A DNA stretch of 64,000 nt, from positions 5,084,001-5,148,000 of the forward strand of contig JBHGNT010000010.1 of assembly GCA_043228905.1 (NCBI GenBank). The letters are read 5' to 3'. The notes beneath the pieces are model-generated. The model had not been told where the DNA came from. It worked only from the letters and a program-made list of their open reading frames with translations, and ran no database searches. The position numbers were made by a program, and so were the translations under genes. Of the stretch, positions 26,628-38,893 are shown piece by piece; the stretch's first letter is position 1, and the number at the start of each line of letters is the position of its first letter. Source of the stretch: Azolla caroliniana. Taxonomy: Eukaryota > Plantae > Polypodiophyta.

Positions 26628-26782
26628 TGTACATACACATACACATACACATGCACATACACATCCACATCCACATGCAAATATGTATATACACATACAC
26701 ATGCAAATATGTATGCACATTACACATAGACATAGACATAGACATAGACATAGACATAGACATACACATAGACATACACATA

Positions 26783-26861
<79 letters not shown>

Positions 26862-26890
26862 TAATACACATAATACACATAATACACATA

Positions 26891-26963
<73 letters not shown>

Positions 26964-26966
26964 TAC
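26588..26966. repeat. (CA)n / (CATACA)n / (CATAGA)n simple-repeat block
   Basis: Directly visible; it produces the spurious HT, HI, MC and VY ORFs. Confidence 0.92.
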
Positions 26967-27206
26967 GGATACGCATATACGCTCAGCATACGGATACGCA
27001 AATACGCATGCTTACCATAGGGAACAGAACTCTGCAGCTGAACAGAGCAAACGAAGAAGCAATTGGGAAGGAAGGGAAGGGAAGGAAGGAGGCAGAGAGT
27101 ATGTATGTGAGGAAGAAGGGTTCTTCTGTCTCTTTCCTTCTTCCTGCTGTCGGAGGCGGAGGAGCAGTCCTCAGGGAAACCCTAATCGGAAAGGCGAGGC
27201 GCGGCT

Positions 27207-28373
27207 ATGGCTTCTGACGATGGGGAGCCTCAAGAGGCAACCGGAAGGGAAGAAGAAGAGCAGCAGCAGGAGGAGGAGGAGGAGGAGGAGGAGGAGGTGA
27301 CCCCACCTCCTCCTCCTCTTCCTCTGCTTCTTCTTCCGGCTCCTCCTCCTCCTCCTGCCTCTGCCTCTGCATCTGCTGCTGCTGCTGCTGCTGCTTCATC
27401 CTCTCTGCCGCCACGGATCCTCTCTCTCCATAAATTGCGTCAATCCGGCAAGAAACCCCCTGGCACATGGACCCCTGCAGAGACCTTTCATCTCATCAAC
27501 ACCTACCAGGAGAAGTGGTATGCCCTAAAACGAGGCCAGCTCCGCACCATCCACTGGGATGAGGTTGCAGAGAAGCTAGCTTCTCTCTGCCATGGCCTCC
27601 AGGATGTTACTCCCAAGTCCTCCATGCAGTGCCGCCACAAGCTCGAGAAGCTCCGCCGGCGGTACCGAGCGGAGAAGCAGCTCATCCTCCGGAAAGGACC
27701 TGCCTTCGCAGCCTCCGGATCTTGGCCCTTCTTCGTGCAGATGGATCATATGGAGAGAGGCCCCTCTGCCCCACCCTTGCAGGCGCAGCACTACCAATTC
27801 CATCCCGATCTGCGCCAGGGCGCAAGTCATAATGCTGTCGCTGTTGCACAGGAGAATAATGCAATGAATGAGTCTACCACAATTAGCTTGGACGAGGATT
27901 CGGACCAGCCCCCTCCACGAGTATTCGCGACCCGCAAGCGGCGGATGCATCATCATCAGAACCCTTATATCAAAGAGGACCATGAAGCAGATTCGACAAA
28001 GAAGGCGAATAAGAAGAAGCCTGTGAATGGTGGTTCTAGCAGCAGCAGTAAGAGAGAGAAGAGTAGAGAAGCCTCTCCTGTAAACCCTAGCCCTCCCCCT
28101 AACCCACCATGGTATGAGATGGGTCATTCTGATGTTCAGCAAGCCTCGGAGCTAGCATACCTTGTCCGTGCCTTGGGAGAGAATTTCCTCAGGATGGAAC
28201 AATTGAAGATCCAGATGCAGCGTGAGAATGAGCTGTTCCGAGCTGACATGGAGCTCCGACGGACCGAGATGGTTATCGACTCACAGAAACAAATTGCGGA
28301 ATTATTTTCCGAGGCCATGATAAACATGAAGAAGAAGACAAAGAAGACAAAGAAGGATCAACCAACCAGATGA
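27207..28373 (+). CDS. Trihelix (GT/SIP1-ASIL type) transcription factor, intronless, 388 aa
   Basis: Myb/SANT-like trihelix motif W.PAETFHLINTYQEKW..LKRGQLR..HWDEVA...KS..QCRHKLEKLRRRYRAEK, plus a C-terminal coiled coil (RALGENFLRMEQLKIQMQRE.E..R..MEL.R). Confidence 0.93.
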   Translation: MASDDGEPQEATGREEEEQQQEEEEEEEEEVTPPPPPLPLLLLPAPPPPPASASASAAAAAAASSSLPPRILSLHKLRQSGKKPPGTWTPAETFHLINTYQEKWYALKRGQLRTIHWDEVAEKLASLCHGLQDVTPKSSMQCRHKLEKLRRRYRAEKQLILRKGPAFAASGSWPFFVQMDHMERGPSAPPLQAQHYQFHPDLRQGASHNAVAVAQENNAMNESTTISLDEDSDQPPPRVFATRKRRMHHHQNPYIKEDHEADSTKKANKKKPVNGGSSSSSKREKSREASPVNPSPPPNPPWYEMGHSDVQQASELAYLVRALGENFLRMEQLKIQMQRENELFRADMELRRTEMVIDSQKQIAELFSEAMINMKKKTKKTKKDQPTR

Positions 28374-29968
28374 TAGCTAAGTTCAACCAGGTGGAGAGCT
28401 TAAAACGTTATAATCGTGGAATTTGTAATGAAATCATTTTTCTTCCAGTTACTGTGCTTGAAAGTTCGGTTTGCCTATCTGAAATAGAAATACGTGCTTG
28501 GTATCAGAAATTGTTTTTCTAACATTCTTTTTTGGAGCAACATCCATTAAAAAAAAAGACCATGAATTGTATTGTAGGATAATGCTCGTGTTTGGTCATC
28601 TATCACCAATATTTGTCAATTGGCCAAGTTATAGGTTTTCAATAGGATAGAGCTCTTCAATGGCTGTCTCAGACGCATGTATTCCAATCTTCATTACAAT
28701 CATCAATGCCTAAACTAAGTTCACGCCTGATATATATTAGTTGATTTTGGGCATTTTCTGAACAAGAGCTTTTTATATACATCTTGTTGGGCTTGGAGGT
28801 GGAACCATGTAAACATATTGTTGGCCAGAATGGGACTTGGTCAATGCTTGATGGATTGTTGGATTGCACACAAATGGCTTGTTGAAGAGTATTTTGATGT
28901 GCACATAGAGAAATAAAAGGGACAGGAGAACTCAAGTCCATGTTTTAGTCACCCACATTGGAATTCCTGCACACTAAATTCAGAAGAACCCAAAACAGAT
29001 CTAATTTCCAAGCATTGTGTAGCTCGATTCATACTCAATATGGGGAAAATTACTGAAGGCAGTTGACCGATGCCCAAGCTCACATGTGGACGTGCTTGCG
29101 GAAGCAAACAAGATGTGTCATCATACTGATGCGCATGTATGTGCTCACATTGAAATAGAAAATGGGGCTGGCTGAATATGGAGCAGAGAATTAGAATATG
29201 CAGCCTATATTGCCTCACAATGTACAAGAAACAAAAGAAAGTGTCACTTTGTAATGCCTTGCATATTTATGGATGTTTGCTGAAACAAGTGAAGCTAACT
29301 TCATAGGTTCTGTAGCTGAGAATTTATAGAATCGTATTTATTATCAATTGTGCAAGGGATTCATTTGATTTCAAGTCTAGATCTGCAAGTATTGAGTAGA
29401 GATTTGTGATTAAATTTTTCATGATAAGAGGACAAAATATTGTTTCTGAACTATCTGCACCTCTTGTTATTTGTTTCAGATCAATGGGAGGTGGACCGAA
29501 CTTCTGCCACGTCGATCTATCAAACATATATGATGAATCTCCATATTTTGGATGAAGATGATGATGCCATGCTTCATATTCCTGTATGATATGAGCAGGA
29601 TGATGTAGGGTCTATTAAGACCTTATACTCTAGGTTATAAAGATTTTTGTATATAAACATATTAATAATAAAATACAAGAGAATCCTACTAACATGCAGG
29701 TCATTGGCTACCATAGAAGTTTTTTTGCAAAATGAAAACAAATTTAGATAGTCATTATTTTTGCTTTCTACTCTGGGTAGAAGGTATACAGCATGTAATT
29801 GTAGTGCACCTATCCCTAGTCACAATATTTTCTGCCCACTTCATCATTGAGTCTTCTTGCCTGACGTTTTTGGATTAGAGATATGATGGATGGTAAGAGT
29901 GAAAACTTATCTTACTTCAATTCGAATTTTTGAAATTGATTGCCTTCCATTATAATCATGCATAGGAG

Positions 29969-30030
<62 letters not shown>

Positions 30031-30432
30031 GTAATGTATTAATTGTGAAAAGTCAAATTACAATGATGGAATACGATACACCAGAAAATCAATCAGGGTG
30101 CAAATGACATCCCTCATCTCTAGATACATTGTTATGGACGTGTATTGTCTCATGTGATAAAACCTGATGCAAATGACAGACATGATACCATACCAACCTA
30201 CGAATCCCAGTTTCCTCATGTCTTGACCTCCTTTAGGTCTCCAATAACCTTTGTTGTGGATGCGCAAGAGTTTTCCCACAAGTCATGGGGCACATTCCTT
30301 CATGAGTTCCATTTGCTTGATAGACCTTGGGAGTGAAATGCAAGTCTTGTGGACTCCCTTAAGTTTGTAAATCCTATCAACAACTGTTATGTATGTTTCC
30401 CTTAATTGTTTTTGTCCATATACATGAATCAT

Positions 30433-30920
30433 TGTCACAATCCTTCGGTTACCAAGCAAGTTCCATGTAAGAGATTATTCCTAATGTAAGCATGAAATAA
30501 GGAAATATAAGATAGGTAGATAGAGAAAGAGAGAGAAAGAAGGGTGGCAATCCACCAGACCACCCTCGAGCAAAGGGATCGAGACGGACTCGAGGCTTGA
30601 TTGGCATCCCATACCACCTCCATGGCATTGAGTCATACCTGGTACTTGCGTGCTTGCTACAAGAGCTTGTTCATGACACAATCACAAATTCAATGTAGTC
30701 AAATGATGTGTCTAATGAGGGTAGCTAGGCCTCATATTTATAGCCCAACCTATGGCTCCCATGCAAGTTCACACTTGGTCCTAATGGGTTGTTCCAATTC
30801 CTAGTGTTAAAAGTAATCATTCCTTCTTTACACTCTTGATTAACCCTCACACTTTATCTGCGTGTATAGAATATTGCGGTACAACTTACCACGGAATAAA
30901 TTATGGTCATGCCCGTAACA
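30433..30920 (-). mobile_element. Probable solo LTR
   Basis: TGTCAC...GTAACA termini, a reverse-strand TATA (GGCTATAAATA, ~30735-30745) and a GA-rich segment. The flanks atcat/atcca match only partly. Confidence 0.45.
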
Positions 30921-31673
30921 ATCCAACTCTTGCTTTTAGTATCTCCTAGTGTATTTGCATCAACTCGAAATTTTGACCCCCATAGCTCATATGATTTCTG
31001 ATTTAGGATTCAATTAGTTGAGCATGAAGTTAGTCTTTTGGTTTTGATGAATATAGTCAACTATTGCTTTTTAAACTAAAGAGAAAACCTCATGCCATGG
31101 CAAACAACTCCTTGACCTAAAGCTAATGAGATAGTAAAGGGCTTGAATAATAATATAAAGGGGTTTGCTTAACTATGATCAAATGCACCAACAATTCAAA
31201 AAATATAATTGCATGTTTGCAATGACATTGTCAAAATATGGATTCCTAATCACAAAAATCAAGATGATGCACATCGTTGTAGCTTAATTACACTAGAGAA
31301 TCACTAATTTCGTTATAGTATGAGACATGATAACCCTTAATTGATTAAATCAAAACCTTAATTGCTAGTCGTGCTTTGAATGAGATAGCATGGCATGCAT
31401 AGATTGTGATTACTTGAAGAATTTTTAAAAATGAATAATTAATTATATCAGACACATGTATAGCATAATCAATTAAGATCATAAGGCGGAATATGCTAGA
31501 TCGGCGATCCATGATTGACATGAGACAATTATTAGGCAATTGAAGCTAGAATCATACAATTGTCGAGTATTGTTGAATGGGTGGGTCACACGTGATGTGT
31601 CACGACATCTTTGGCAATGAGCTTAATCTTAACTGTCACGGTCACTCATTGATCGATACAATTAATTGGCAGA

Positions 31674-32068
31674 CGAAGCTAGCAACATATGGTTCCATGT
31701 GTTTTTTTGTTTCTTTTTCCTATTTTGAAGGAACAATAACAGAGATTTCCCCGAGAATGTCATGCTCGATCCGAAAAACCTTCCGATACAAATCCGGAAG
31801 TGTGTGTTAGAAGGCATTGGCAACGTTAACGGGACCAAAAGGCATTGTCCGTTGCCCATATTGCCCATATTGTCCGAAGCTAGCAACATATGGTTCCATG
31901 TGTTTTTTTGTTTCTTTTTCCTATTTTGAAGGAACAATAACAGAGATTTCCCCGAGAATGTCATGCTCGATCCGAAAAACCTTCCGATACAAATCCGGAA
32001 GTGTGTGTTAGAAGGCATTGGCAACGTTAACGGGACCAAAAGGCATTGTCCGTTGCCCATATTGCCCA
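31674..32068. repeat. Near-perfect 201-bp tandem duplication upstream of ATP synthase delta'
   Basis: 'agcaacatatggttcc' starts at 31681 and at 31882, and the two copies give identical translations. Confidence 0.92.
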
Positions 32069-32428
32069 CTTGCATTACGCAGTGCTCATTTGGGCATGCA
32101 AAAGAAGAAGAAGAAGAAGAAGAAGAAGAAGAAGAAAGGGTTAATGAAAAAGCAAATTAGACAGAGGAAAGCGGAAAGCGGAAAGCGGAAAGCAAAAAGC
32201 AAAAAGCAAAAAGCAGAAAGCAGAAAGCAGAAAGCGAAAAGAATTTATATTTCTGTCCTCTCCTCCTCCTCCTTCTTCCTGAGGTATCTCTGAGAAAGAA
32301 GCAGAAGCAGAAGAAGAAGAAGCAGAAGCAGAAGCAGAAGCAGAAGCAGAAGCAGAAGGAGCAGAAGAAGCTCTCAAAGAGAGAAGTAGAAAGAAGCAGA
32401 GCAGGAAGACTGAAGGACAGACGCAAAG

Positions 32429-32826
32429 ATGCTGAGTCGACAGAGCCTGCGTGTTCTCCTCTCAATTAGGTCATCGTCTTCTTCTTCTTCTTCTTCCTGC
32501 GGAGGGCTGCGTGGCTTCGCAGTGAAGGCGGCCGATATCCCCCCTCCCGTTTCCGATGCCTTCAAGGAAGCTTTCAAGAAGGCGGCCCCTAACCTAAACC
32601 TCCCCAAGTTCCCTTCGCAGTTCATGGCCCCTCGCCCCCCTGTTCCCTCCACCCTACCCTCCAAACTCACTGTCAATTTCGTCCTCCCATACAAGACCGA
32701 GCTCGAAGCTAAAGAGGTAAACATAGTCTGCGATCCTTTCCCTCTCTAATTCTATCTCTCTCTGTCCCTCCCGCCTTTCCTTTCTGCGTTTGCCTTCCAA
32801 ACGAAACAGATCTCTTTGTTTCGGTG

Positions 32827-32857
<31 letters not shown>

Positions 32858-35714
32858 TGTGCATGTGTGTATAAGAGAAATAGAGATATACAAGAGGAGG
32901 ATTATGTCTATGTTTCTGAGGAAACGGATCTTTATGTTTTTATGGACTCTGTGTGTAAGATAGATGGATAGAGAGAGAGAGAGAGAGAGAGAAAGGCATG
33001 AAAGGAAAATCTATGTTAGTGTTCATAAAGAACAGATTTGTATGTTTTCGTGGACAGAAAGAAAGACATGAAAGAAAATGCAATATTTGTGCTCGTGAAG
33101 AAGAAACAGATCTTCATGTTGGCCATTGCCCCCTCAAGAGTGAGACAGTATGAATATCTTCTGAACAAAGAAGAATTCACACCCCTGTTTAGATGTTTGT
33201 GCGGTCATGGGCTTTTATGAGACAGAGATTAGTCAGAAATGTATCTGAACGTCTGGACAAGGCCATAAATGACCTGTGAGACAAATGTGAGTCATTTTGT
33301 ATGCTGTCTGCCATTGTGCCTGTGAGAATGAAATGAAACGGTCTCTTAGCATCTTCAAAAGACCAAAAAGAGGCAAAAAAAGATGTAAGAGACCCGAAAA
33401 AATTATATTTCATGGTGTCTTTCTGTTTTTGTTGTTGTTATGTTATTGCCCAGAGAGAAATGAAAATGAAACGTTACTGTAAATTTTCCTTCTAAAGGCC
33501 AGAAGAAAATGAGATCAATACGCTACCATGGTCTCCTGTGAGAGAGAAATGGAAACATAAATGAAGCATCAGATTAGCATCCTCGGAATGAAATATGACC
33601 TACTAAATTGCTGCAAAGTGAGATCTTACTGTTGTCATGGTCCATGTGAGAAATAAATAAAATGTTTTAATGTGTTGAAACGGATTAAAAATGACATAGG
33701 AGACAGAAATGAAGACATGATGCTCTATCTTTATGTGGTAAGACAGATTTTCTGAGATTAATATGAATTGTCCTCTAAATGGCTGTACTGATGCAATACA
33801 TAAGAACAACGTTATGCTCATGCTATCTGTTTTCGATGGCAGTATTCTGCACTGGTTGACATTCAGTCCAGGTATACCATCATGTTTTGCGTTTTTCACT
33901 TGCTGAACAATTTTCAAAATTAGAACTGCAAAGTGAGATCTTACTGTTGTCATGGTCCATGTGAGAAATAAATAAAATGTTTTAATGTGTTGAAACGGAT
34001 TAAAAATGACATAGGAGACAGAAATGAAGACATGATGCTCTATCTTTATGTGGTAAGACAGATTTTCTGAGATTAATATGAATTGTCCTCTAAATGGCTG
34101 TACTGATGCAATACATAAGAACAACGTTATGCTCATGCTATCTGTTTTCGATGGCAGTATTCTGCACTGGTTGACATTCAGTCCAGGTATACCATCATGT
34201 TTTGCGTTTTTCACTTGCTGAACAATTTTCAAAATTAGAACATATGCTGATGTTCTTTCATGGGCAGACTGATGCAAAATGTAAGAACAATGTGTTTGCT
34301 TTTCTTTTCAGTGTCTACATGACACTAATTCAAGGATTTACTATAATATTTGTGTTTCTTTGTTTACTGAATGATGGTAGAATGCTTGCACCTCAGAAAA
34401 CATAGAATATTATCCACTGGCGGTTTTAAATTCCATAGAGGTGGCTAGGAAAAACATTTTGTTATCAAGGATCCACTGCAGTCCATATAAGCTTAAAAGC
34501 TGCTATTAATTTGAAATCTTGTACTTGTTTTTATCAATGAAGATTGATAATGGTTGTCTTATAATCATCCTTTATTTCTATTTTATAAACCCTATGCAAG
34601 GTTCTAGAAATGATGCTGGACATCCTTCTGATCCCTCTGAAAAAGAAATATTCTAGAGGACTTTTCAATTCCTCTAAAAGGGAAATGTGGGTTTAAAATC
34701 GATAGTGGTGATCTGGAAAAACATTTTGCTATGAAGACTCCAACTCTGTCTGATCCAGCTGACGAGCTCTTAGTAATTTTGAATTCTTGTATGGATCTTA
34801 TCATTAAAGACTGACATCCTTTCAAATCCTGCCAGAGGGAAATGTCCAGGCACAGAGACGTAAATTTGGCTTTAAGTCATGTGCAAGAGTTGATATCTTT
34901 CCATTTATAAGTTTATATGAAAAAACTAAATGTATGCATATACTACATCATGCAAAATAGATGTAAATAAGAGCATAGCATTTGGTATTAGAACATCAAA
35001 TTAATTATCCATCGGAATGCAGTAGAGATGGTCTGTGTGTTGTTGTGAACATGGATATATAGAGATTATGAAAATGCTTGAATGAGCTCAGGCTTTGCTT
35101 CACATCTATTGACTAATCGATAAACTAACATGCTATTGGCCTCTTGGTATTTCATTTGGATGTATCTCAATACACCTGTAGTTCTCCTCAGCTTGTCTCC
35201 ATGCTGTTTAGGTTAATGATATTCCATGGAATCTAGGGAATAAAAAGCATGAGCAGCCACAATCTATGCTTAAGATACTGATAAATGATTATTAGGATGT
35301 AGTTGGTTATTACAGAAGTTGTGTGTTTAGGATATGCAACTCATAATATGTTTAAACGAATGACAGGTTGACATGGTGATTGTACCTGCAACATCAGGAC
35401 AAATGGGTATCCTTCCTGGACATGTGCCTACTATTGCAGAACTCAAGCCAGGTGTTCTATCTGTTCACGAGGGTTCTGAGGTGAAGCAGTATTTTGTAAG
35501 TGGTGGCTTTGCATTCGTCCATCCGAATTCTGTTGCAGATGTCACAGTGGTTGATGCGTCACCTCTTGATTGGTTTGATCCTGAAGAAGTGAGAAAAGGT
35601 TTAGTTGAGTATACACAGAAATCGAGTGTTGCAAACACAGAACTCGAGAAAGCCGAAGCTCAGATTGGTGTCCAGGTCCACAGCGCTTTATTTGCTGCAT
35701 TAGGCTTGTCATGA
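32429..35714 (+). CDS. Mitochondrial F1 ATP synthase subunit delta' precursor, 2 exons, ~211 aa
   Basis: Exons 32429-32716 and 35367-35714. Arg/Ser-rich presequence and motifs [57 protein letters not shown] and [14 protein letters not shown]. Confidence 0.96.
33611..34241. repeat. Apparently perfect 315-bp tandem duplication in the ATP synthase delta' intron
   Basis: 'ctgcaaagtgagatc' at 33611 and 33926; ORF 33603-34277 repeats the same peptide twice. Confidence 0.93.
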
Positions 35715-38116
35715 AGCAATGGTTGATTTTCTTTCCTTGTTTGCTTTTATGTCTACCGAAGAACTTTGCATCCTAGGTCTGTCTCTCACTAGCATGCATT
35801 AAATAATATTGTTTTTTTTGAAAGGGCACAATGCTGTTATTGTCTTAGGTGAGCAGATATGTACTTCATCATAAAAGGAAACTTTTCAAAACATTTTCGT
35901 TTCCTTTCTTGGCCTCTCTTTTCTATCATTTCTTCAGGTATCCAATACAATTACTGTTAATATTTTTCTTTTGCTTACAGCATACCTAGACTCTGGTTTG
36001 CATGTGAATTGGTGATTCAATAATACTCACTTTACCTGATTCTGTTTAATGTTAACAAGAGTACAAGAAATTGCATGTGTATATTTGAGTTACTTTTTCT
36101 TGTCTTTTAGATTGAAATTTGAAGATGAGGTGAATCAATATTGCGACATTTTTATTATACTAAATAAAAGAGTTCATGTCATGCATCTTCACATGATATG
36201 CTCATTAGTGGCATTTGTCAAATATTCTCGTTATTATATCAATAACCTTAAGAGTGGTAGATATTTGCTACCAGTAGATAATATCAATCTCTTCCATTTG
36301 ATAGTTAGCCTTTTGTTTTAGAACGCATGGGAACCATGTGCAATAAGTGAACAGTGTGATGGCATGGAAAAAGGTTTATTACTGTTGATCTACATACAAG
36401 GTTTGTGAAGGGACTGTTCTATATTAACTTTCAATTGAAAATATTCTTGGAATTGTATTTACAAAATGAAGATCGGAAATAGGATAGTTAAACGATATTC
36501 ACTGTTGACTTTGCCTCTGAAGCTTTTTGGGCCTTGTGAAAATAGTTTTGTAGTTGTGATTTGTTGCATAAAAATCACAAGGGAGCAAGAGGAGTACAAA
36601 CAATGGATGTCTGCTTTTTAATAGCAACATCTATATTACTAGTGGGAAACTTCAATGTGAAGGAAAAACTGAAAGATCTACAAGCTTTCAGTACCCAAAA
36701 CAAACTATGTATGTCTGTGACCTATCTCACTCCGTCAATATGAGTCATGATTTGGGTGTTCAATGGTTCTGTGAATATCACTAATTTATTGTGCCTCTAA
36801 CCGATCAAATATTTAAGTTTTGTGACCAAGAAAGTCTTATGGTTGAGCATTTTCTTGGCCTGGAAAGTTGAAGCTGATTTTGGAATCAGCTGTAATTTGG
36901 GGTTTTAGATAGCTGGGAGGGAACAGGGGCCCTCAAATGAAAGGCCCGACCCCTATTGATCTTATTTGTATAAGGTGGCAGAGGAGTCTAAATCAATGGA
37001 CATTAATGAACTATCATTGATGGACGTTGTACACTTGAATGACATGTGAAAATTGACTCCAGTTCCGGATGGATTAAAGCTCGAGGCTTTGACAACAATG
37101 TAACAACAACTACGTGTCTTATGGGATCTAAGCTGTCGAGATTGAGCGAAGGTCGAAAGACCATTTCGATGGGACATAGATATATGACGGATTGCTGCCT
37201 ATGAAAAACTAGCACCTAATCTCAGGTCAATGGTGACCAAAGTGCATTATGTACTCAAAGGTGCCTTAACATCATCGGAAATTGTGACTGGAATTCTTGT
37301 GATTTGGGATTGTGTTGTGATGAAGATGTAATGTGGTGTTTTTTCATGCCCAAAACTATTTAATATATCTAAGTTTTATTCATTATCATGAGCATAAATT
37401 ATATTTTCTGGGGTGGGAGTATTTATGTGAAGTTGATGGCTTATCACCTACTAGGGATGGTTTGCCAAGTCTCAGATGTTTTTCAGAGGAACATCAAAAT
37501 GTTACTCTCACTTGAAATGTCGTGTCAGTATAAACCATGTACGATTTAAATGATGTGAAAACAAGGCTCAAGCTAGCTCTACTTCTGATGGTCTCATTGA
37601 TGGATGCAAGTTTAAATCCTTGTAAGTTTAATTCTTATAGAGTATGTTAAAGGAGTAAACACAACATTCACAAAACGTTTCCATTATATCTAGAAAATCG
37701 TTTTATTCCTCCCATATAGACAAAAACTATGAGTGTCAATAAAAATTGGGTCATCTTACTTAATGATATACGTGAGCAAAGATATCATATGCAAGAGTGG
37801 ACGATAACAAAAACATTCGCAGTCTCTTCAAAAGGAAATGGACAATACTTAACTAAATTAGGGTTTGAGCAAACAAAAGCAAAAACTTCATTTTTCTTCT
37901 TTTATTTCTTTCCCTTTTTTGGCTTTAATATGGATAGAGCTATGGGTCTTGAGAAGAGCCGAATTGTGATGCTAGTGATAACAAAACAAAAAGCACACAC
38001 ACATTCTTTCTCTTTTTATCATAATTACACCACTAGCCCTACATCTTGGGTTTGAAACTCTGATTTTCTCACCTCTTTATACCCTCTTAATTTACTAGAT
38101 GCCCTTCTGGAACATA

Positions 38117-38173
38117 GGGGTTGAATCCATGACTTTATGGTCTCCATTGGAGAAACTTACCAATTGAGCTACA
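38117..38173 (-). mobile_element. Possible degenerate tRNA-derived SINE head
   Basis: Minus strand reads TGTAGCTCAATTGG (A box) ... GGATTCAACCCC (B-box-like) at tRNA-like spacing, with no intact cloverleaf. Confidence 0.35.
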
Positions 38174-38674
38174 TCTATCTTAAGAACATATTGATAAGGT
38201 TGAGCCAACATCTAAGCACGAATACCTTTTGTTCAATAAGATGTTATTTGGGTCAAAAGTATCCGGATCTCTCTGCTGCATGAATTTCGTGCGGTTACAA
38301 GATCGTACAAACTCCTCCAATAGGACTCATCTATAAACCAGCCATCGGCACGAGTAATGCGAAGAACAAAATCTCTCTCTCGATCTCTCGATCTCTCGCC
38401 ACAAAGAAATGAAGATTTCCGATGGGATGGGTATGGATCCACTCTGGCTGGGAGGGGCATCCATGAGAATATCTGTAAAACTACTCCTTTCTTCTGTTTC
38501 TTTCTCCCCCCTGCTCTGTTTCTACTGTTACTCCCCTGCTCCTGCTGCTACTCCCCTGCTCCTTCCTTCTATATATAGATGAGATGAAATGAACAAAGAA
38601 GAGACCGTGTTTCCACCTACGCTAAGCATCTTGCATCTTGCATTCCATCGCCCCCCTCTTCGCTCGAAGCTTCC

Positions 38675-38796
38675 ATGGAAACAAGCAGCAGCAAGGATGT
38701 GGTTGCAGCTCAGGTCTCTTCTCTCTCCCCTTGGCTTTTGTCTTTCTGTGCACTTCCACCTGAGGAATAAACGTTCCTCAGGTAAAATTTGTTTTT

Positions 38797-38893
<97 letters not shown>

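Noticed and set aside
26557-27300. His/Cys-rich ORFs (HTHT, MCMC, VYVY)
   Set aside because: Artefacts of the (CATACA)n microsatellite.
33603-34277. 224-aa ORF with an internal repeat
   Set aside because: It is antisense within an intron, and its length results from the 315-bp (multiple of 3) duplication. No recognisable domain.
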